Both the position numbers and the translations under genes were made by a program. From the IMG/VR virus record IMGVR_UViG_2711768060_000010: DNA of 32,340 bases; one strand, written 5' to 3'. Under the pieces are notes generated by a model. The model saw only the letters and a list, made by a program, of their open reading frames with translations, did not search any database and had not been told where the DNA came from. The DNA comes from a virus (lineage: Duplodnaviria; Heunggongvirae; Uroviricota; Caudoviricetes). This document shows positions 25,957 through 32,340 of the stretch, one piece after another. Each line of letters opens with the position of its first letter. The first letter of the stretch is position 1.

Positions 25957-27633
25957 ATGAAACCAATAAAACGCCTTTACCTTTCAACGGACGAAATTCA
26001 CCTGGCGGATGCCAGTCTGGTGCTGGAATTTAACAACTGCGGCCGGGGATTCATCACTGCCGGAACCACAGAGGACTATACCGGGAAAATGGTGCGTCTC
26101 GATGTGGGCTATCCTGATCTGGTGCTGCGCTGGTTCACTGGTTACGTGGAGCGATCCCAGCCAGCTGAAAACGGCTTTCAGCGCCTGTTTGTGCGAGAGC
26201 TGGTAGGTATCTTTGAGCGTATGTGGCCATGTTCATTTCAGCATCCGACGCTGCGAAGTGTGGCCAGCTGGTTAACGGAGCACAGCGGCTTAACTTTCAG
26301 TGTGCCGGATGCAGAATATTCAGACCGTCCGATCCCGCACTTCACGCATAGCGGCACGGGATACCAGCTGCTGGATAACCTGGGCAAGGCGTTTGGTATT
26401 ACAGATTACGTCTGGTATCAGCTACCGGATGGTGGGGTTTATACCGGGGGCGCAGAAAAGGCACTGTTTGCCGGGAGGCCGATCGATATTCCGGCAGAAT
26501 TCAGCCAGGGCGCAGCGGGTGGTAACACAATGACCGTTCCGCTGATCCAGAGCCTGCGGCCGGGCGTAGAGATGAACGGGGAGCGTGTGACGAAGGTTCA
26601 TCTGACCAATGACACAATGGCCATCACATGGACACCGCGCAATCGCGTCACTGGCCAGCCCCTGCAAAAAACACCATTACAACGGCAGATTGAAAGCCAT
26701 TACCCGGAGCTGGCATCGGGGCTACACGTGCCGAAATTCGCCAGGGTGGTAGCGCCCAGTGAAGCCGTGAAAAGCGGCAATTTCTCCGATCCGTTCAGGC
26801 CGCGCTATGCCGTGGATGTGCAGCTGCTGGACGCGGACGGGAATCCGGATCAGAACACGCCAGTTTACAGCGCCGTTCCGCTGCCAGTTCCAATGGCCGG
26901 TAATGATTCGGGGATGTTCCAGTTTCCGCCAGAAGGAACAATGGTCGAGGTGGGCTTTACGGGCGGCAGGCCGGATAAACCCTTTATCCGCCAGACCGTG
27001 CCAGACGGAACCAGCCTGCCGGATATTCAGCCTGGCGAGCAGCTGCAGCAGCAACGGGCGGAAGTATCGCAACGGGTAACGCAGGCAGGAGACTGGATAA
27101 GGCAGACAGACCAGACCATTAGTGAGACTTCAATGGCACGGGTTATCAGGGCTGACAGTGAGAACAGGGAGCTGGTTAGTCGTGAAACAACGATTAAGGC
27201 TGCAGACAATCTGACGGTGGTCGGAACGGCCAGACTTATGGCCGGGGCTATTCAGCACATCAGCACAGGCGATTACAGCCAGGCAGTTAAAAACCGGGTG
27301 GCCAGCATTGGCGGCAACGATACAACGGAGATTACCGGGGAAAAAAGCTTAACGACTGGCAAAGACCTGATCGAGCAGATTGGCCAGATTCGCAAAAGTG
27401 TGGCGGCAGTAAAGCAGGAAATCATTGCACCCGTGGTCTGGATAGGGTCGCAGAGCATCAACGTGGCACAACTGATGCTGGACACGCTGGACGTGGTTAA
27501 GCAGCTGGCAGAGCAGACCGCCAGCCATACGCACAGCAACACGGGCACCCCACAGAATGCGGGGGAGATTAAGAGCACAGGAAGCCAGGCGGACAGCCTC
27601 AGTAAGAAATATTCACCCGTAATCAGTAAGTAA
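25957..27633 (+). CDS. Putative baseplate hub plus central spike protein (gpD/gpV-like fusion, VgrG-like)
   Basis: 558-aa ORF, last gene of the tail operon; internal motif PPEGTMVEVGFTGGRPDKPFI resembles the spike OB-fold signature of P2 gpV (PSVGEQVLILAVGGELDTAFVLPGI); followed by a strong terminator. Confidence 0.45.
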   Translation: MKPIKRLYLSTDEIHLADASLVLEFNNCGRGFITAGTTEDYTGKMVRLDVGYPDLVLRWFTGYVERSQPAENGFQRLFVRELVGIFERMWPCSFQHPTLRSVASWLTEHSGLTFSVPDAEYSDRPIPHFTHSGTGYQLLDNLGKAFGITDYVWYQLPDGGVYTGGAEKALFAGRPIDIPAEFSQGAAGGNTMTVPLIQSLRPGVEMNGERVTKVHLTNDTMAITWTPRNRVTGQPLQKTPLQRQIESHYPELASGLHVPKFARVVAPSEAVKSGNFSDPFRPRYAVDVQLLDADGNPDQNTPVYSAVPLPVPMAGNDSGMFQFPPEGTMVEVGFTGGRPDKPFIRQTVPDGTSLPDIQPGEQLQQQRAEVSQRVTQAGDWIRQTDQTISETSMARVIRADSENRELVSRETTIKAADNLTVVGTARLMAGAIQHISTGDYSQAVKNRVASIGGNDTTEITGEKSLTTGKDLIEQIGQIRKSVAAVKQEIIAPVVWIGSQSINVAQLMLDTLDVVKQLAEQTASHTHSNTGTPQNAGEIKSTGSQADSLSKKYSPVISK

Positions 27634-27640
27634 CCCCCAC

Positions 27641-27664
27641 AGCCCGCAACCGCGGGCTTTTTTA
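27641..27664 (+). terminator. Rho-independent terminator of the tail operon
   Basis: AGCCCGC aacc GCGGGCT hairpin followed by TTTTTT, 8 nt after the stop codon at 27631-27633. Confidence 0.8.
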
Positions 27665-27670
27665 CGCCCA

Positions 27671-27718
27671 TATCCTCTAGCGGGGATAATCCCTGCTTTA
27701 TCCCTTTAAGGGGATACC
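27671..27718. repeat. Cluster of GGGATA/TATCCC inverted repeats (candidate Int/Xis/IHF arm-type binding sites, possible attR arm)
   Basis: Read directly: TATCC-N8-GGATA, the palindrome GGGATaATCCC, and TATCCC-N6-GGGATA within 48 bp, immediately after the last phage structural gene terminator. Confidence 0.4.
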
Positions 27719-28346
27719 TCACCACACGCAATCTGCCGCAGTATGCGCGGCGCTGACAGAATCAAACCCGCCTCAACACCCAAAACAGATCGTGAGCACA
27801 GCGAGCCGCTGAGCGCGTCACAGCCTGACAAAATAAATGTGTCGCAGACAAAAACGGCACTACACCGCACCCGCCTGCGGTTTTTGGATCATAAAAATTT
27901 TTCAGTTTTATTTTTCTGCAAACCAGACCGCCAGACCGCGCCAGCGCTAGCGGCTTTGCGGAAAACCAGAACTGAAAAGATTGAAAAGAATTTCAGTGTT
28001 TTTCACATTTATGGATCTGGAAAGGATCTTGGTAATGATATAAGTGATTGAAAAATAAATTTATTTTAAATTTTGTGTGTGTCGAAAGGATCGTTTTGGC
28101 CTTCCGCTTCGGTCTGTGGGGATGCAGCTGAAGCCAGAGCTGGGGCGGTACAAGGCAAAACAGAGCGGTACATAGAAAACTGAAAAAAACTGCATGCATT
28201 TCATGAAAACCAGCGACTAACAATTGCATCGAAATCTAATTTTAATCTTGGAACTTAAGAAAACTTTTGCCACATTAGTAGTCGCTTTTTAGTTGTGGAT
28301 TTTCTTCCGATGATTACTTGGCAGAGCTTACATTAAGGCATTCGAT

Positions 28347-29465
28347 ATGACTGAAAAATTCACCGCAATTTTGTTAGACACAAGTATCTACGATCAGTAC
28401 GGATTAAAGCTTGAGAAAGGACTACTGGGTAAGCTTTCCCAGTTCAGCCGAACCCCGACAACGTTTTTGATACCGGATGTAATTTACAACGAAGTCAAAA
28501 ATCATCTTGAAAGAAAAATCAGGACTTCACGTGGCTCTCTTGAGAAAGCTTTCGAAGAGGCTGGCGATCATCTTTTTTTTGATGGAAGCGAACTAAATGA
28601 CGCAAAAAGAACATTGATTGAAGGCAGAGAAGTTGAAGGATTAGGAAAGAGTAGATTAGACAGATTTGTTGGCGTAACAGATGCGGAGGTTTTGACTACT
28701 GGGGATTACGTTTCGGTACCTGAACTACTTGAACGATATTTCTCTTCTGAAGCTCCTTTCGCAGATACAGGGAAGAAAAAAAATGAGTTTCCTGATGCGA
28801 TCACATTAATGGCCGTCCAAGCTTGGGCTGAAGAGAATGGTGAAAATGTTCTTGCCGTAGCAAGAGATGACGATTGGCAGAGATTTTGTGCTGATGCTGA
28901 GAATTTGCATTATGAACCTGACTTATCAAAGGCTTTAGCACACTTCAATGAAGAAACCGCACCTTATGAACTAATTGATAACTTACAAAAAGCACTTGCT
29001 GAAGGACAGGCCGGTAAATTCTTGCATGATGTTGCTGTACACCTTGAGTCAACCTTTGACGGTTTTGCACCAGAACAAGAGGCAGATTCATATTTGTACT
29101 GGGAGGCTGATGGATGCTCAGGTGGATTTGAAGATTTTGAGTTTACAGATAATTACTTCACTGTCATTGACAAGGATGAAAACTGGGTTGTTTTAGAAGC
29201 ATTTGCAGAAATTTCACTTTACGCAGATGGTGATTTCTCCCTATCAGTTTACGATTCATTCGATAAGGATCATGTCTACATGGGGTCAATCACCAAGCGT
29301 GCCGAGGAAACATATACATCCAGAATACTAATAACAATCTCCGGAGACTTGTCAGGTTCTATAGATGATTTGACCGTTGAAGATGTGGAAGTAATAGAGC
29401 GTCCGACGTCGATGGATTTTGGGGAGCTGGAATTAGCATATGAACCTGACGAGCAAGATTTGTAA
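28347..29465 (+). CDS. PIN-like nuclease domain protein with acidic C-terminal domain of unknown function (accessory/cargo gene; candidate single-gene defence or toxin)
   Basis: 372-aa ORF with AAGG RBS; PIN-fold hallmarks in order: hydrophobic strand then Asp (AILLDTSIY), FLIPDVIYNEV, and NEFPDAITLMAVQAWAEENGENVLAVARDDDWQRF; about 35-40 percent GC by eye against about 55-60 percent in the prophage; isolated behind a terminator and a roughly 630-bp leader. Confidence 0.6.
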   Translation: MTEKFTAILLDTSIYDQYGLKLEKGLLGKLSQFSRTPTTFLIPDVIYNEVKNHLERKIRTSRGSLEKAFEEAGDHLFFDGSELNDAKRTLIEGREVEGLGKSRLDRFVGVTDAEVLTTGDYVSVPELLERYFSSEAPFADTGKKKNEFPDAITLMAVQAWAEENGENVLAVARDDDWQRFCADAENLHYEPDLSKALAHFNEETAPYELIDNLQKALAEGQAGKFLHDVAVHLESTFDGFAPEQEADSYLYWEADGCSGGFEDFEFTDNYFTVIDKDENWVVLEAFAEISLYADGDFSLSVYDSFDKDHVYMGSITKRAEETYTSRILITISGDLSGSIDDLTVEDVEVIERPTSMDFGELELAYEPDEQDL

Positions 29466-29565
29466 CAAATATGATTGGGCACTATCGCTGTCGCCATTTT
29501 GTCGCCAACTCAATCACCGTTTTATTGCAAGTATTTGAATTTAATGATTTTTATTTTCAGGCAAC

Positions 29566-29608
29566 AAAAAACCCATCAACCTTGAACCGAAATGGCGGGG
29601 TTGATGGG
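29566..29608 (-). terminator. Terminator-like hairpin (minus-strand orientation)
   Basis: CCCATCAACC / GGTTGATGGG 10-bp perfect stem with a 17-nt loop; the A6 run on the plus strand becomes a T-run after the stem on the minus strand; about 110 bp downstream of the ybjL stop. Confidence 0.45.
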
Positions 29609-29720
29609 CTCCACAAAATGGGGACATCAAAGAAAAGCAGTGGCACTAATTAAGACTGATGCCCTGCGGAAAAGTTCTGCGGTTGTGCAAAAAAATTTCA
29701 TTTTCAGGGCAACTTCAGTT

Positions 29721-31406
29721 TTATCCTAATCCTGGCCATACCATGACGATGATTGTCCCTGCCAGCGTCAGCAGGACGTTGGCGATTGCGTAGGTGCCCG
29801 CGTAGCCCAGCGCAGGGATGTTACTGCGAGCTGTATCACTGATGATCTCCATTGCCGGCGCGCAGGTGCGTGCGCCCATCATTGCGCCGAACAACAGTGC
29901 GCGGTTCATTCGCAATACATAAGCACCGAACAAGAAACAGATAACCACGGGCACAAGACTGACAATTAATCCGGCAATCAACATCTGACCGCCAATCGCG
30001 CCCAGGCCGTTATTAATACCGCTACCGGCGCTCAGACCAACGCCTGCCATAAACACCATCAAGCCGAACTCTTTCACCATGCTTAATGCACCTTGCGGAA
30101 TGTAACCGAAGGTCGGGTGGTTAGCACGCATAAAGCCCAGCATAATTCCGGCGAATAACAACCCGGCAGCGTTCCCCATGCCGAAACTGAATGTGCTGAA
30201 CTGGAAGGTGATCATCCCGATCATCAGCCCAATAACAAAGAAGGCGCAAAATGCCAGCAGGTCAGTGACCTGGCTGTGAATCGAGATAAAGCCGATGCGA
30301 TCGGCGATGGTTTTTACGCGACGGGCATCACCGCTGACTTGTAAAACGTCACCTTTGTTAAGCACGACGTTGTCATCTATCGGCATCTCAATCTGGCTAC
30401 GAATGACGCGGTTAAGGAAGCAACCGTGATCGGTCAACTTCAGTTGTGCGAGACGTTTACCTACAGCGTTATGGTTTTTAACGACCACTTCTTCAGTGAC
30501 GATACGCATGTCGAGAAGGTCACGATCGAAAACTTCTTTACCGTTACGGAAGCTGGGATCGAGTCGGGCATGGGCGTCGGGATAGCCTACCAACGCTATT
30601 TCATCGCCCATTTGTAGCACGGCATCACCGTCTGGATTTGCCAGAATCCCGTTACGTCGAATACGTTCAATGTAGCAGCCGGTTTGTCGATAAATACCCA
30701 GTTCACGCAGATTTTTGCCGTCGGTCCAGGCCACCAGCTCCGGGCCGACGCGATAGGCGCGGATCACCGGTAAATAAACCTTACGGTTGGCATCAGTGTC
30801 CAGGCCACGTTCGCGGGCGATTTGCTGGGCGCTGGTCTGTAAGTCCTGATGCTGCAATTTCGGCAAGTAACGCGCACCAACAATCAAACTCACCAGACCG
30901 ATTAAATAGGTTAAGGCATACCCGAGGCTCAGATTATCCAGTGCCAGTGAGAGCTGCCTGCTTTCCATGCCGGAATGACGCAGTGTATCGCCAGCACCGA
31001 CCAGAACCGGTGTCGACGTCATAGAGCCTGCTAACATACCGGCCGTCAGGCCAATATCCCAGCCAAACAGCTTACCTAACCCTAAGGCGATCACCAGCGC
31101 ACTGCCAACCATCACCAGTGCTAACATTAGGTAATTTTTCCCATCGCGAAAAAAAATGGAAAAAAAGTTCGGTCCGGCTTCGACCCCGACGCAGAAAATA
31201 AACAGCATAAAGCCAAGATTAAGCGCATCGGTGTTAATGCTGAAATGTTGTTGGCCTAATAACAGCGATACGACTAAAACGCCAATGGAATTACCCAGTT
31301 GGATCGAACCAAGTCGTAACTTTCCGAGACATAGCCCAAGCGCGAGGACCACAAATAATAACAGAATGTAATTCCCATTTAACAATTCGGCGACGTTTAT
31401 ATTCAC
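29721..31406 (-). CDS. ybjL: Putative AAE-family transporter YbjL (two membrane domains flanking cytoplasmic RCK-C/TrkA-C domains)
   Basis: 561-aa ORF recognised as E. coli YbjL from its translation ([20 protein letters not shown]...); chromosomal, not phage. Confidence 0.9.
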
Positions 31407-31675
31407 GGAGGCTAACTTCTTGTTTACTAGTAAGCTGTTGAAAGAAATGGTAATTTACGATAATGTTTTTTACCAGAATTCAGGGCGCAGATTCATTCAG
31501 CGCACCTAAACGATAGTAAAGTAACAATATATTTTACTAGTGTAATCACATTAGGTATCAACGGCTATATGAATTGCGTTGGCCTATATTAGCATGGAAT
31601 GCGAAGCGGCTTTATCTTACTGAACGCCACACTGGCGAAAAATGTGTTCGATAGACGCAGTGTCAGGAGGAACGA

Positions 31676-32053
31676 GTGAAACATAAACAACGTTGGGCGG
31701 GGGCAATCTGCTGTTTTGTCCTCTTCATTGTGGTGTGCCTTTTTCTGGCGACGCACATGAAAGGCGCTTTTCGGGCTGCCGGGCATCCTGAAATCGGCTT
31801 GCTATTTTTCATTCTTCCTGGAGCAGTCGCCAGCTTCTTTTCACAGCGTAGAGAAGTCCTGAAACCTCTGTTTGGCGCAATGCTGGCGGCACCCTGTTCG
31901 ATGCTCATTATGCGGCTGTTTTTTTCACCGACGCGCTCATTCTGGCAAGAGCTGGCATGGTTACTAAGCGCGGTGTTCTGGTGTGCGCTGGGGGCACTGT
32001 GTTTCTTATTTATCAGTAGTTTGTTTAAACCACAGCACAGAAAAAATCAGTAA
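31676..32053 (+). CDS. ybjM: Inner membrane protein YbjM
   Basis: 125-aa hydrophobic ORF, GTG start with AGGAGG RBS; order ybjL-ybjM-grxA matches E. coli K-12 as I recall it. Confidence 0.8.
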   Translation: MKHKQRWAGAICCFVLFIVVCLFLATHMKGAFRAAGHPEIGLLFFILPGAVASFFSQRREVLKPLFGAMLAAPCSMLIMRLFFSPTRSFWQELAWLLSAVFWCALGALCFLFISSLFKPQHRKNQ

Positions 32054-32073
32054 AGCCCTCAACGCGAGGGCTT
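32053..32073. terminator. Shared terminator hairpin between convergent ybjM and grxA
   Basis: AAGCCCTC aacgc GAGGGCTT stem-loop right after the ybjM stop; the A-run on the plus side gives a U-run for the minus-strand (grxA) transcript. Confidence 0.55.
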
Positions 32074-32082
32074 GTCAGACGA

Positions 32083-32340
32083 TCAGGCGTCCAGATTTTC
32101 TTTCACCCATGCAGCAAAATCGGTATAGCCGCCGATATGTTGCTGATCGACAAAAATCTGCGGCACGGTTTCTACGGGTTTACCTGCCTTTTGTTGTAGA
32201 TCTTCTTTAGTGATCCCTTCCGCACGAATATCTACATACTGATACTGAAAATCATCGCGTTCATTGCTCAATTTCTCAGCCAGATCTTTTGCACGCACAC
32301 AGTAAGGGCAACCCGAACGACCAAAAATAACGGTTTGCAT
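32083..32340 (-). CDS. grxA: Glutaredoxin 1
   Basis: 85-aa ORF with CPYC active site (MQTVIFGRSGCPYCVRAKDL...), matching E. coli GrxA; its start codon is the last three bases of the window. Confidence 0.95.
   Translation of the reverse strand: MQTVIFGRSGCPYCVRAKDLAEKLSNERDDFQYQYVDIRAEGITKEDLQQKAGKPVETVPQIFVDQQHIGGYTDFAAWVKENLDA

Noticed and set aside
27743-28051. 102-aa plus-strand ORF and the overlapping 78-aa minus-strand ORF (27993..28229) in the leader upstream of the PIN gene
   Set aside because: No RBS, low-complexity translations, and the region reads as non-coding AT-rich DNA; could be remnants of a decayed gene but not callable as CDS.
29471-29653. 60-aa ORF between the PIN gene and ybjL
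   Set aside because: Spans the terminator-like hairpin, has no RBS and is AT-rich intergenic sequence.
1-32340. Search for CRISPR arrays, tRNA/rRNA genes and IS elements
   Set aside because: No regularly spaced direct repeats of 25-40 bp, no tRNA-like or rRNA-like sequence and no transposase ORF seen; the integrase is phage-type and sits in a complete prophage context.

Overview
The window is almost entirely one integrated temperate myovirus of the 186/P2 (Peduovirus-like) type, about 27.6 kb, followed by an accessory island of about 2 kb and then conserved E. coli-type chromosome (ybjL, ybjM, grxA). From the left: integrase (its stop codon is window bases 1-3), a 186-type lysogeny switch (CI-like repressor leftward, Apl/Cro-like and CII-like rightward), small early ORFs, Dam methyltransferase, rolling-circle replication protein gpA, a LexA-box-controlled small ORF (Tum-like antirepressor candidate), an Ogr/Delta zinc-finger activator, then P2-type head genes (Q and P leftward; O, N, M, L rightward). 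The tail module has a non-P2 gene order, with a full lysis cassette (holin, M15 endolysin, overlapping spanins) sitting between the tube and chaperone genes. A programmed -1 frameshift site joins the tail chaperone to a 64-codon extension ending on the tape-measure start codon. The main candidate for something undescribed is at 27665-29720: after the last tail gene and a clean terminator comes a GGGATA/TATCCC inverted-repeat cluster, a roughly 630-bp AT-rich non-coding leader, and a single AT-rich gene for a 372-aa protein with an N-terminal PIN-like nuclease fold and an acidic C-terminal domain I cannot place. I read this as a candidate single-gene anti-phage or toxin module at the prophage/chromosome junction. 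All family assignments are from reading the translated ORFs and my recollection of these families; no database search or computation was run, and GC values are by-eye estimates. No rRNA, tRNA or CRISPR array was seen.
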